A stretch of 64,000 bases of DNA from a virus. Lineage: Duplodnaviria > Caudoviricetes. The notes beneath the pieces are model-generated. The model saw nothing but the letters and a program-made list of their open reading frames with translations, ran no database searches and was not told the origin of the DNA. Shown here piece by piece: positions 29,101-38,474 of this stretch. The DNA is taken from positions 19,534 to 83,533 of the IMG/VR virus record IMGVR_UViG_3300025084_000011; one strand, given 5' to 3'. Positions within the stretch are counted from its first letter, which is position 1; the number at the start of each line of letters is the position of its first letter. The translations under genes were made by a program, and so were the position numbers.

Positions 29101-32100
29101 GTAACGATTGGTAATGCAAATACTGATACACTTACTGTTAATAGTGTGTCTCAGTTTACTGATGATGTAACTGTTGATGGTAGTCTGCTTGTTAATACAA
29201 ATGCAACTATCGAAGGTAACTTGACTGTTAATGGTGTTACTACCACAGTCAACTCCACCGTTGTGACACTAGATGATCCTATCATCACCTTGGGTGGTGA
29301 CACTGCTCCTACTAGCAATGATGCTAAGGACCGTGGTGTTGAGTTTAGATATTATGATTCCAGTGCCAGAATTGGATTCTTTGGTTGGGATGTTTCTGCT
29401 GCAAGATATGCACTGTATCATGCTGCAACCAATTCCTCAGAGGCATTCAGTGGTACTCGTTCGGGTATGGACCTAGGCAGTATCAAGTGTTTCGATGTTA
29501 CCAATGCAACTAACTCAGCAACAGGTGCTCTGATTGTTGGTGGTGGTGCTGGTATTGGACTTGACCTCTATGTTGGCGATGACTTAGTTGTTGCTGATGA
29601 TGGATCATTCGGTGGTGACGTTGACATCACTGGCACTTTGGATGTCACCGATGACTTCGCAGTCTCCAACAAATTTACAGTTGATGCACAGACTGGTAAT
29701 ACATTTGCTGCTGGTACGTTTGCTGCCAATGGTAATTGCACCTTTGGTAACGCACCAACTGATAGTCATACAATTAATGGTGTAGTCCAGTTCAATAATG
29801 AACTGACTTTCGTTAAGAGAGCAAACATCCGCAACCTGAAAGTTGCTACGGATGCTGCTAACTCGATCAGCACATCCTCTGGTAATCTGATTCTTGATTC
29901 TACTGGTGGTACTGTCAACATTACAGACAATGCTGACATTGATGGCGACCTTAATGTTGATGGTGATACTCAGATCGATGGCAATCTAACAGTTGACGGT
30001 AGTGCAACTATCGGTGATGCTGCTGGTGATGCTCATACTATTACAGGCACTGTCACCGCAAATCAACGGATTACTGCCAACGATGGTATCCACGTTAACG
30101 ATCTCCGTCTCGGCACTACTAATGGAGACCGAGCAATTTTTGCAAATGGTGGATCGCTAGTCCTTGACTCATCTGCTAACAACGTCGCTGTCACTGCTAG
30201 TCTTGATGTTAGCAATAACCTGACAGTTGATGGTAACTCCACTATTGGTAATTCAGACGTTGATACTCTGACTGTCAATGCAACGTCAACATACAACGCT
30301 TCCATAACTTCACAGCAGATCACTGCTAAGAACGTTAGGATTGGTGTTGATGGTAACGGTGAAGTTAGTACCACATCAGGTAATCTGACAATTGACTCTG
30401 CTAGTGGCGAAACTATTATTGATGATAATGCCAGTATCACTGGAACACTTGACGTTACTGGTGCTACAACTATCACCGATAACCTGACCATCAATGCTGC
30501 TACTAGAACAGTTGCAATTCAAAATGGTGCAGGTGCTAACAAATTTACTATTGCAACTAGCACTGGTAATACACTGATTGAAGGTGATGTTGACATCAAC
30601 GGTGCCACAGTTATTGATGACACCCTGAATGTAACTCAGGCAGTTGATTTTGATTCTACTGCAAATATCGATGGCGTTACAACCATCACTAATACTACTA
30701 ACGCATCTACTGGTAATACCTTCTCTGCTTCTGGTGCTCTGCAAGTTACTGGTGGTGCGACGGTTGCCAAAGATTTTACAGTCGGAGAAGACTTCAAGGT
30801 CTATGGTGACTTTGAGGTAGATGGTAACGTTGTCCAGAAAGGTAACCAGGAATTCCGTGGTCGTGTTGAGTTCTCCAAGAATGAGAATCCAGGCAGTCTG
30901 AGTGCAAATGCACCTATCATGATCCCCAATGGTGGTCTTACGGTTGCAGAAGATAGTTTCATGGGTCAGAGTTTGTTCCTTGGACCTAATGCAGGAACAA
31001 CTATCACTCTGGATGGTGTAAATGGTAATGTTGATATTAATGGTACCTTAGACGTTGCTGGTTTAACAACTCTTGGACAAGCAGCGATCAGTACGATTAC
31101 AACAACTGGTGCTGTAACCATTGGTGGTACTACAACAGTTGGTGCTAACAAGTTTATCATCAACTCTGCAAGTGGTAACACTGATATTGCAGGTACTCTT
31201 GATGTTCTCGGAGCAACTATCATTGATGACATCTTCAATGTAACAGGTGCTGTGGATCTCGATAGCACTCTGAATGTTGATGGTGAGACTACACTTAACG
31301 ATGCACTGACTCAGAATAGCACCTCACTGTTTAAGGACAACGTGGTCCTTCGTGGTGCTTCTAAGACTTTGAAGTTGCAGAATGGCAGCGGAACTGACAA
31401 GATTACACTTAACTCCACCACTGGTAATGCTGAGATCACTGGACTTTCAACTCTTGGAAGTCTTGATGTTACTGGCAACTCCACCATTGGTGGTACGCTG
31501 GGTGTTACTGGACAGATCACTGGTGATGTAACTGGTGACCTGACTGGTACTGCTGACAAGTCAAATCTGGTTGACGTTACTGACACTACAACTTCTAACC
31601 TTACTTACTTCCCTGCATTCGTTTCTACTAACAACGGATTCACTGAGGTCCGCACAGACTCTACTAACCTTACCTACAACCCAAGCACTAATACACTTAC
31701 GGTTGATAACTTCAAATCAGTTACTGACTTTGAGATTCAAGGTAACTTGAATGTTACTGGTAACTTGACATTCTTCCAGTCGGAAGTTGGTAGTATCGCT
31801 AATCACGATACCGATGCTCTGACAGAAGGAACCGCAAACCTCTACTTCACTGATGAGAGAGTTGATGACAGAGTTAACGCTCTGATCACAGGTGGCACTG
31901 GTATCACTGCTACATATGATGATGCAGGTAATATCCTGACTCTGAGTGCAACTCAGGGTGACATCAATACTGACAACATCACAGAAGGATCTACTGCCCT
32001 ATTCACCACTGCTGCTCGCACAAGGTCACACTTCACGTATGGCACTGGCATCGAGCATGATGGATCTGGCACTCTTTCTGTTACCCAATCTGATATTAAT

Positions 32101-33054
32101 ACTGATAATGTCACAGAAGGATCAACAAACATATTCTTTACGAACACTCGCGCTAGGGGTGCATTTAGTGCTGGTGGCGATCTGTCTTATAACGCTAGCA
32201 CTGGCGCGTTTAGTGTAACCACCTTTAAGACTTCTGATGCTCGTAGTGCTGTTAGTGCTGGTGGCGATCTGTCTTACAATTCTGGTACTGGCGTCTTCTC
32301 TTATACCACACCTGACTCGGATGGTATTGTTGAGGGAAGTGCCAATCTTTACCACACTGCTGGTCGTGTTGATACTCGTATCGCACTTCAAGTTGGGGCA
32401 AACCTTGACCTGACTAATCAGGACACTGATGATCTGACAGAGGGCACTAACCTTTATTACACCAACGCTCGTGCTGATGCTCGCATTGCACTTCAAGTTG
32501 GTGCAAACCTTGATATTAGCAACCAGTCTACGAGTGACCTGGCAGAGGGTACTAACCTCTACTATACAAATGCTCGTGCTGATGCTCGTGCCTCAGCAGC
32601 CATCACCGCTTTGGGTCTTGGTACTGCTGCTACAACAGCATCTACTGATTATGCAACTGCTGCACAAGGCGCACTCGCTGCTTCTGCTACTCAACCAGGA
32701 GATCTGGGCACTGCTGCTACTACTGCTGCAACTGATTATGCCACTGCCGCCCAAGGCACACTTGCTGCTTCTGCTACACAACCAGGAGATCTGGCAACCG
32801 TAGCAACCAGTGGTTCTTACAATGATCTTACTAACCTGCCTACGCTCTTCTCTGGTGCATATGCAGATCTGACTGGCAAACCAACCCTTGGCACTGCCGC
32901 TGCAACAGCATCGACTGATTATGCAACTGCTGCACAAGGTGCAACTGCTGACTCTGCACTTCAAGCAGAGACGATTGATCTTACTACCCTGAAAGCAGAA
33001 GTTGCTGCTGCAACTGACTTTGCTGACTTCCAGACCCGTATCGCCGCTCTCTGA
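26137..33054 (+). CDS. Long tail fibre protein (Mtd_N-like N-terminus, repetitive beta-rich shaft)
   Basis: N-terminal RIQLRRD..QW..VNPILAQGELGIELDT.RLKIGDG.T.WNSL.Y; many T.DVD..V.F.STL.V repeats; duplicated LGG...DD.KDRG.EFRYYD...GFFGWD blocks. Confidence 0.85.
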   Translation: MANRIQLRRDGAQQWANVNPILAQGELGIELDTSRLKIGDGVTQWNSLKYERPLEADSNIANTLVKRDADGNFEAGAITGTLIGNAATSTRLANARNFTLTGDMSGSASFDGSANINITAELNFQPGLPHYDPNDLDAQATYTRLTIDSRGRVVTGDNPTTLTEFGIVDAQALDSNLTAITAISTIGMLTRTGSGTYATRSVTGAPGRILTSNANGQSGNPLVDLADTPVVVGSYNPTSSVSLNQPETSVAESNSIHQTVNTTDFTVDRYGRLTYAVTAPISTAREGTLQPFYDNATAYVRYDKVKNTNDRLYEAILDINAGGGEPTHTDTSDTGSWRYLGSALIPQKGLASFSQEDFDVTIWDEASDIQGGYVTIAERGVDNLQLQNNRIGFADGNTVENFELDQELTATTGYRGFNYLNYLKVNDTSGNLLFGANNTGDSGAGELDVNVRSYFSDPDITLDGVLDQKLDKTADGDLTFQHTQNTATDRTLLINATNAGSGDALINITSENDITISATHVDNRVNVEDYHFQDNVFSTTNATMVLDPNDDDDVTGLVQIRGDLQVDGTTTTVNSVTTTIQDPILTLGGEDTLTIDDNKDRGIEFRYYDSQERFGFFGWDEDYANANIWTGTGGYRFLYNATNTSEVYAGTDAPLIAGNLRLTTDTGSTSTTTGTLVVTGGVGISENVYIGGTVDIANDLDVNGGEFVVTAANGNIYTQGDLQVDSNVTLGNASTDTVLVNSDTTFKDDVRIVGPNTIFSITDGTAEKFVIDSDNGNIHSDGTLDIDSGVTFNSTLDVDAAVTFNSTLDVDDDSVFHNDITLDTTGKYFKITNGTTDKFTVLSTNGNTDIRGTLDVGAAVHLETTLQVDGNITLGNAASDTITVNSDATFTDNLTVNEAVDFDSTLNVDDAVDFNSTLVVDGQTTIFDSLILQSNNEVLNINNGAAITQFSVDFDNGNTIIGRDGAGTGTLTVHGDSTFNDNTSFTDNVTIGNANTDTLTVNSVSQFTDDVTVDGSLLVNTNATIEGNLTVNGVTTTVNSTVVTLDDPIITLGGDTAPTSNDAKDRGVEFRYYDSSARIGFFGWDVSAARYALYHAATNSSEAFSGTRSGMDLGSIKCFDVTNATNSATGALIVGGGAGIGLDLYVGDDLVVADDGSFGGDVDITGTLDVTDDFAVSNKFTVDAQTGNTFAAGTFAANGNCTFGNAPTDSHTINGVVQFNNELTFVKRANIRNLKVATDAANSISTSSGNLILDSTGGTVNITDNADIDGDLNVDGDTQIDGNLTVDGSATIGDAAGDAHTITGTVTANQRITANDGIHVNDLRLGTTNGDRAIFANGGSLVLDSSANNVAVTASLDVSNNLTVDGNSTIGNSDVDTLTVNATSTYNASITSQQITAKNVRIGVDGNGEVSTTSGNLTIDSASGETIIDDNASITGTLDVTGATTITDNLTINAATRTVAIQNGAGANKFTIATSTGNTLIEGDVDINGATVIDDTLNVTQAVDFDSTANIDGVTTITNTTNASTGNTFSASGALQVTGGATVAKDFTVGEDFKVYGDFEVDGNVVQKGNQEFRGRVEFSKNENPGSLSANAPIMIPNGGLTVAEDSFMGQSLFLGPNAGTTITLDGVNGNVDINGTLDVAGLTTLGQAAISTITTTGAVTIGGTTTVGANKFIINSASGNTDIAGTLDVLGATIIDDIFNVTGAVDLDSTLNVDGETTLNDALTQNSTSLFKDNVVLRGASKTLKLQNGSGTDKITLNSTTGNAEITGLSTLGSLDVTGNSTIGGTLGVTGQITGDVTGDLTGTADKSNLVDVTDTTTSNLTYFPAFVSTNNGFTEVRTDSTNLTYNPSTNTLTVDNFKSVTDFEIQGNLNVTGNLTFFQSEVGSIANHDTDALTEGTANLYFTDERVDDRVNALITGGTGITATYDDAGNILTLSATQGDINTDNITEGSTALFTTAARTRSHFTYGTGIEHDGSGTLSVTQSDINTDNVTEGSTNIFFTNTRARGAFSAGGDLSYNASTGAFSVTTFKTSDARSAVSAGGDLSYNSGTGVFSYTTPDSDGIVEGSANLYHTAGRVDTRIALQVGANLDLTNQDTDDLTEGTNLYYTNARADARIALQVGANLDISNQSTSDLAEGTNLYYTNARADARASAAITALGLGTAATTASTDYATAAQGALAASATQPGDLGTAATTAATDYATAAQGTLAASATQPGDLATVATSGSYNDLTNLPTLFSGAYADLTGKPTLGTAAATASTDYATAAQGATADSALQAETIDLTTLKAEVAAATDFADFQTRIAAL
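32150..32960 (+). repeat. Imperfect in-frame repeats in the fibre C-terminal region
   Basis: TTAGTGCTGGTGGCGATCTGTCTTA x2; GCACTTCAAGTTGG.GCAAACCTTGA x2; ACTGATTATGC.ACTGC.GC.CAAGG x3 (TDYATAAQG). Confidence 0.85.
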
Positions 33055-33060
33055 TAACCA

Positions 33061-33861
33061 ATGGCCATTCCAACTTCTAAGGCAGAATTAAAAGAATACT
33101 GCCTCCGTAGACTGGGTAAACCAGTCTTGGAGGTGAATGTATCTGATGATCAGATTGATGATGCCATCGATTATGCTATTCAAAAGTTTCAAACATATCA
33201 CTATGAAGGTGCTGAGAGAGTTTATCTAAAACATCTCTTTACTTCTGCTGAAATTGCTGCTGGTCGTACTAATACAGATACTACTGGTGCTGATGGTACT
33301 ACTACTTGGTCTGAGCAAAATACATATCTAACAGTCCCAGATCATATTCTGGCAATTGAAGGTATGTTTGCTTTTACTGATAAAGGCACTCGTAGTATGT
33401 TTGATATTCGTTATCAGATGAGACTGAATGATCTGTATGACTTTACGTCTACACAGTTCTATCACTACTACATGATTCAGCAACACCTGTCTAGTATTGA
33501 CTTCATGTTGGAAGGTCTGAAACCTATCAGATATAATAATGTTCAAGACAGAGTATACATTGATTTTGACTGGACTGAGGATGCACTCTCAGATCAGTAT
33601 GTGATCCTTAAATGTTGGCGTGCTTTGGATCCAAACACTTGGACAGAAATCTACAACCAAATGTGGATGAAAGATTATGTTACTGCTAAAATTAAAAAGC
33701 AGTGGGGTCAGAATCTTACTAAGTTCACGAATGTCCAAATGCCAGGTGGTGTCACTCTGAACGGTGAGATGATTTATAACGATGCTGTTGAGGAATTAAA
33801 GATCCTTGACGAACAACTTCGTACTACCTGGGAAACACCTCCCCTAGACATGATAGGATGA
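33061..33861 (+). CDS. g13: Neck protein gp13
   Basis: LKEYCLRRLGKPVLEVNV..QIDDAID; KKQWGQNLTKF..VQMPGGVTLNG. Confidence 0.92.
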   Translation: MAIPTSKAELKEYCLRRLGKPVLEVNVSDDQIDDAIDYAIQKFQTYHYEGAERVYLKHLFTSAEIAAGRTNTDTTGADGTTTWSEQNTYLTVPDHILAIEGMFAFTDKGTRSMFDIRYQMRLNDLYDFTSTQFYHYYMIQQHLSSIDFMLEGLKPIRYNNVQDRVYIDFDWTEDALSDQYVILKCWRALDPNTWTEIYNQMWMKDYVTAKIKKQWGQNLTKFTNVQMPGGVTLNGEMIYNDAVEELKILDEQLRTTWETPPLDMIG

Positions 33862-33862
33862 T

Positions 33863-34738
33863 ATGGCACTTAACAGTTTCTTCACCCAAGGTACAACAGG
33901 AGAGCAGGGTCTCGTACAAGATCTCGTCGATGAGCAGATTAAAATGTTCGGCAAGAACGTGTACTATATCCCAAGAACGCTCGTCAAAGAAGATAGTGTC
34001 TTCGGAGAAGATACACTATCCAAGTATACAGGAGCATTTGAAGTCGAAGTATATTTGGAAGATGCTGGTGGTTTTCGTGGTGATGGCGATATCTTCGCTA
34101 AGTTTGGTGTCAGAATTCAAGACCAAGTTACCTTCATCTTATCTAAGCGACGGTTTACAGCAGCAGTAGATAATAACGCTACTCTGATTGTAGAGGGTCG
34201 TCCTAATGAAGGAGATCTGATTCACTTCCCTATGGTGGGTAAGACATTCCAGATCCAGTATGTAGAGCATGAACAACCTTTCTTCCAGTTAGGTAAGGTA
34301 TACACATGGGGTTTACGTTGTGAACTCTTTGAATACAGTGATGAGGATATTGATACTGGTGTTGCAGAGATTGATGCTATTGAAGTCAATCATGCTAATG
34401 CTGTTGGTATGGTAATGGCCGAAGGCGGCACAGGTGATTATGCAGTTGGTGAGACTGTGACTGGTGCTGTTACTAATACAACCGCCGAAGTGAAGTCTTG
34501 GGATAATGCTACTAGAACTCTTATTGTTATCAATAGGAGTGGTAGATTCTCATCTGGTGAAACTATGACAGGAGACACGAGTTCTGCTGTCTGGTCTACA
34601 TATACCTATAACACTATAAATAATGTGAACTCTGAATATGACCAAAACGTCGCCATCGAAACCGATGCTGATGCCATTATAGATTTCACACAAACCAATC
34701 CATTCGGTGAGTTTGGTAATAAAGGAGGCACAATCTAA
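33863..34738 (+). CDS. g14: Neck protein gp14
   Basis: EQIKMFGKNVYYIPR, FAKFG, NEGDLIHFP, VEHEQPFFQLGK, CELFEYS, NPFG; synteny. Confidence 0.92.
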   Translation: MALNSFFTQGTTGEQGLVQDLVDEQIKMFGKNVYYIPRTLVKEDSVFGEDTLSKYTGAFEVEVYLEDAGGFRGDGDIFAKFGVRIQDQVTFILSKRRFTAAVDNNATLIVEGRPNEGDLIHFPMVGKTFQIQYVEHEQPFFQLGKVYTWGLRCELFEYSDEDIDTGVAEIDAIEVNHANAVGMVMAEGGTGDYAVGETVTGAVTNTTAEVKSWDNATRTLIVINRSGRFSSGETMTGDTSSAVWSTYTYNTINNVNSEYDQNVAIETDADAIIDFTQTNPFGEFGNKGGTI

Positions 34739-35781
34739 TGCTAGGAACTTATTCATATCACGGTATAATTAAAAAAACCGTGGTTGCCTTTGGCACGCTA
34801 TTTAATAACATTGAGATCAGAAGATCCCAAGGATCCAAAACTGAGGTCATGAAAGTGCCTTTGGCATATGGACCCAAGGATAAGTTCTTAGCGCGTCTGC
34901 GTCAACTTGGTGATCTTACTACCAAGGATCAGGTACAGATTACTCTGCCTAGGATTGCATTTGAGATTCAAGCAATCACATACGATCCAACAAGAAAGTT
35001 ATCACCCACACAGTACATCAGAAATACTACTGCCGCTGGTGCTAACAACAAGGGGTTCATGCCAATCCCATATAATATTAATTTTGAATTAGCAATCCTT
35101 AGTAAGAATCAGGATGATGCTCTTCAAATCATTGAGCAAATTCTACCATTCTTTCAACCAAGTTTCAACATCACAATGAACTTGGTACCAGAACTTGGTG
35201 AGAAGAGAGACTACCCAATTACACTGACAAGTATTGATTATGATGATCAGTATGAAGGAGACTATGATACTCGCAGAACTCTAATTTATACCTTACAGTT
35301 TGTTGCTAAGACATTCTTGTATGGTCCTGTACAGGATAACAGTGGTGAGATTATCACAAAGGCAATTGTGGATTACGCTACCGATTCTGTCAGAACAGCA
35401 CCCAGAGAGGTGCGTTACACCGCTACTCCTGCATCCACAGTTGATAGAAACTCGGACGCAACAACTACGTTGTCGTTCGCGTGTGACGATAATGATGGAA
35501 TCATCAAAGTAACGGATTCATCTGGTCTTGCTATTCATACGAATATTCAGATCGATGATGAAGTTATGCGTATCGCTAAGATCGATGGAGAACAGGTATT
35601 CGTTACTCGTGCTTGGTTGAACTCAACGAATGCAGCACACACTAACGGATCAGCGATTCATAGGATCACTGAGGCAGATCATGCCTTAGTTGATTCTGAT
35701 GACAACTTCGGATTTAATGAACTATTCAGTGAATTTACAGATGGACTCTCACGAAACCCAACCACAGGCGCAGACGAGTAA
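34738..35781 (+). CDS. g15: Tail sheath stabiliser/terminator gp15 with C-terminal inserted module
   Basis: MLGTYSYH.IIKKTVVAFGTLFNNI, VPLAYGPK.KFL, LQIIEQILPFFQPS. Confidence 0.92.
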   Translation: MLGTYSYHGIIKKTVVAFGTLFNNIEIRRSQGSKTEVMKVPLAYGPKDKFLARLRQLGDLTTKDQVQITLPRIAFEIQAITYDPTRKLSPTQYIRNTTAAGANNKGFMPIPYNINFELAILSKNQDDALQIIEQILPFFQPSFNITMNLVPELGEKRDYPITLTSIDYDDQYEGDYDTRRTLIYTLQFVAKTFLYGPVQDNSGEIITKAIVDYATDSVRTAPREVRYTATPASTVDRNSDATTTLSFACDDNDGIIKVTDSSGLAIHTNIQIDDEVMRIAKIDGEQVFVTRAWLNSTNAAHTNGSAIHRITEADHALVDSDDNFGFNELFSEFTDGLSRNPTTGADE

Positions 35782-36190
35782 GTATGATGGCATTGAGGAT
35801 GCTCTCGATGTCAAAACTGAAATCGTCAAAGATGCAACACCAACACCTGTTGCTGAGGTAGAAGTAACTACTTCCACCAAAGAACAATTAAAGAAAGACT
35901 ATGAGTATACTCGTGGGAATCTTTACTCTCTGATCGAGAAAGGTCAAGAGGCAGTTGATGGCATCCTTGAACTAGCACAAGAGTCAGATCAACCAAGAGC
36001 ATTTGAAGTTGCTGGACAGTTGATCAAACATGTGGGTGATGTTGCTGACAAACTAATTGATCTACAAAAGAAGGTCAATGATATTGAAGCACCAACTAAA
36101 ACCAAAGAGGTTACTACAACAAACAATACTATGTTTGTAGGTAGTACGGCAGATCTTGCTAAGTTTCTAAAAGCGCAGCAAGATAAATAA
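35741..36190 (+). CDS. g16: Terminase small subunit gp16 (start most likely ATG 35741)
   Basis: KDYEYTRGNLYSLIEKGQEAVDGILELAQESDQPRAFEVAGQLIK...FVGSTADLAKFLK. Confidence 0.9.
   Translation: MDSHETQPQAQTSKYDGIEDALDVKTEIVKDATPTPVAEVEVTTSTKEQLKKDYEYTRGNLYSLIEKGQEAVDGILELAQESDQPRAFEVAGQLIKHVGDVADKLIDLQKKVNDIEAPTKTKEVTTTNNTMFVGSTADLAKFLKAQQDK
36182..36189 (+). promoter_or_regulatory. Late promoter candidate (GATAAATA)
   Basis: TAAATA core over the g16 stop, upstream of the island genes. Confidence 0.55.
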
Positions 36191-36214
36191 TAAAAACAAC
36201 CAAGTAGTATAACC

Positions 36215-36496
36215 ATGGATAGAGTTCGTGTACTGGCTACTGAGGTAACCCTCAGTGCAGCAACCAATCTAGGTAAGGCGACCGCTGTTCGTGTTGTCAA
36301 TGACACCGCCGCCACCATCGTCTTAGTTATTGATGATGGTCCTGTTGTAACTGAGCGTGGAGATGGCACTAAGTATGTCGCTCTCGGATCTCGCAATGCC
36401 AGTATCGAGGCGGGTGGTGTTGTCTACTTGGAAAAAGATCCACTCGAAACCATCGATGGCGCTGGTCTGAAATGTACAAAAGTAGCACGTCAGTAA
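36215..36496 (+). CDS. Hypothetical protein, beta-rich
   Basis: Clean ORF in operon context. Confidence 0.7.
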   Translation: MDRVRVLATEVTLSAATNLGKATAVRVVNDTAATIVLVIDDGPVVTERGDGTKYVALGSRNASIEAGGVVYLEKDPLETIDGAGLKCTKVARQ

Positions 36497-36497
36497 C

Positions 36498-37787
36498 ATG
36501 AATTTTTTCAAAGAAGAAGAATCAGATCGTCTCAAAGATAGACGCATGGAGCGCGGTGGTGTTGGTGGCAACCAACGTTACAACAAACCAATTAGTAACA
36601 CACCAAATACCTTTGGTAAGAAAAAACCAAAGTATGATGGTATGTCTGCACTTGAAAAAGTGAAAGCAGATATCCGTGCTAAGCATGGTAAAGGTGCTAT
36701 CAAAGAAGACGCCAAGATGGGTAAGCAGTCAGATGAGAAACTGGCAGCGTTGCACAAGCAAGTTAGTAGTGCAGATCAGAGTCTCCCCTCTAATCAGTTC
36801 ATGTTGAAGAGAGTCACTAAGGAAATGAATCGTAGAAAGAAAGCAACTAAGACTGAGGGTTATGCCCCTGGTGATGTTGATCAGAAAGTCGGTGCTGTAA
36901 CTCCTATCCCCAAGAAGGATCAGGATGATGCTCGTGCAAGAATCCTTGCTAAGGCAAAGGCTAAGCGTGCTGCACGCTTGAAGAGTGAAGGAGTGATCGT
37001 TGAAGGTAAGAAGAAGTGCGGTTCATGTAAGGGTAAAGGATGTTCTAAGTGTAAGGACAAAGGTTACCTGGTAACCCATGATTGTTCACAAAAGATCGAA
37101 CATGCTGAGTGGGGTATTGGTGAGTGTATCTCTGAGATGCATACACTAGATGAGCAGGGTAACATTACTCACTATGATATTCTCTTTGAGCATGGTGTAG
37201 AACAGAACGTTCCTGTTGAGTTTCTAGTCACACTAGAATCTGCAATGCACGAACATGCTATCAACGATGAGAAGAATGAGATTGTAGAGAAGAAAGGTCT
37301 GTGGGCAAACATCCACGCCAAGCGTAAGCGTGGTGAGAAACCTGCTAAGAAGGGTGATAAGGATTATCCTGAAACTCTGAAAGTAGAAAGTGCTTTGGAT
37401 GAGCGTGCTGACATGTGGCATCCAGATCCTGAGAAGGATAAGAAACTGGGTGGACCTGGTGCTAATGCTCGTGCTCGTGAAGATAGTGCTGCTAAATCTA
37501 AACCTAAGGCAGATCCTAAGAAACTGAAAGATGGTGAGTCCTACATGGACTACTCCAAGCGTCAGAAGGCAAGCAACGGTGGCAAAACTGTCAGCACTAG
37601 ACACAACACCGCTGTTGGTAGATTAGCAGCGAAAGGTGCTAAGACTGGATCTGGTGCAAAACCAAAAGAGCGTAAGCGCGACAAGATTGGTAGAGCACTC
37701 GGCAATGCACTAGATCGTGTTGCTGGTATCAAGAAAGAGGGTAAGACCTACAAACAGTTCTGTATTGAGGCTAGTGATCATGGCTGA
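36498..37787 (+). CDS. Lys/Glu-rich modular protein, candidate internal head protein
   Basis: Highly charged modules; CxxCxGxGCxxC cluster; C-terminal KTYKQFCIEA. Confidence 0.65.
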   Translation: MNFFKEEESDRLKDRRMERGGVGGNQRYNKPISNTPNTFGKKKPKYDGMSALEKVKADIRAKHGKGAIKEDAKMGKQSDEKLAALHKQVSSADQSLPSNQFMLKRVTKEMNRRKKATKTEGYAPGDVDQKVGAVTPIPKKDQDDARARILAKAKAKRAARLKSEGVIVEGKKKCGSCKGKGCSKCKDKGYLVTHDCSQKIEHAEWGIGECISEMHTLDEQGNITHYDILFEHGVEQNVPVEFLVTLESAMHEHAINDEKNEIVEKKGLWANIHAKRKRGEKPAKKGDKDYPETLKVESALDERADMWHPDPEKDKKLGGPGANARAREDSAAKSKPKADPKKLKDGESYMDYSKRQKASNGGKTVSTRHNTAVGRLAAKGAKTGSGAKPKERKRDKIGRALGNALDRVAGIKKEGKTYKQFCIEASDHG

Positions 37788-37905
37788 AAAATTAGATAAT
37801 GGCACATACAAGTGCCCTTATTGTGGATTGACATCCCCAAGAAACCATCAACGTCCTAAGACTTGGATGGAAAAGCATGAAGCAAACTGCCCTAAAAGAC
37901 CATGA
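37780..37905 (+). CDS. Small 41-aa putative zinc-finger protein (CPYC...H...C)
   Basis: MAEKLDNGTYKCPYCG...EKHEANCPKRP; overlaps both neighbours at their termini. Confidence 0.6.
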   Translation: MAEKLDNGTYKCPYCGLTSPRNHQRPKTWMEKHEANCPKRP

Positions 37906-38474
37906 TCAGTTTTAAACAATACATTTTTGAGGCAAAGAATTGCCCCGAAGGAACTAGTTACTGTAACAAGTGTGGGTCTTGTGTTCAGAAGACCTGCGAT
38001 CAAAAGAAAGCCGAGAAGGTGGTGAAAGAAGATGCTGTTGCTAATAAGAAGCAGCAACTTCAAAAGAAGCAACTGATGATTAATCGTCAGAAACTGCAAC
38101 TTCAAATGAAGGCCATCACTAAGAAGGATGCTTCTCAGGACATGAGCATGAAAGAGAGTAAAGAGAAGAAGGAGAAGAAGATCCCAAAGGGATACCATCG
38201 TATGCCTGATGGATCCCTAATGAAAAACTCTGACATGAAAGAAAGTGCATGGCAGCGTAAGGAAGGTAAGAACAAAGAAGGTGGTTTGAACGAGAAAGGA
38301 CGTAAGTCTTATGAACGTGAGAATCCTGGTTCTGATCTGAAAGCACCTCAACCTGGTGGTGGTCCACGCAAGAGATCATTTTGCGCTAGGATGGGTGGGA
38401 ACAAAGGTCCTATGAAAGATGAAAAAGGTCGTCCAACTCGCAAAGCATTGGCGCTAAGAAAGTGGAAATGTTAG
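37902..38474 (+). CDS. Basic modular protein with capsid-targeting-like N-terminus and GGLNEKGR...RSFCARM...RKW.C domain (possibly DUF6321-like)
   Basis: Starts MISFKQYIFEA; ATGA overlap; the C-terminal domain is recalled from marine phage proteins, family name tentative. Confidence 0.65.
   Translation: MISFKQYIFEAKNCPEGTSYCNKCGSCVQKTCDQKKAEKVVKEDAVANKKQQLQKKQLMINRQKLQLQMKAITKKDASQDMSMKESKEKKEKKIPKGYHRMPDGSLMKNSDMKESAWQRKEGKNKEGGLNEKGRKSYERENPGSDLKAPQPGGGPRKRSFCARMGGNKGPMKDEKGRPTRKALALRKWKC

Noticed and set aside
32150-32960. Direct repeats resembling a CRISPR array
   Set aside because: Repeats are in-frame, degenerate at third codon positions, lack unique regular spacers, and no cas genes are present
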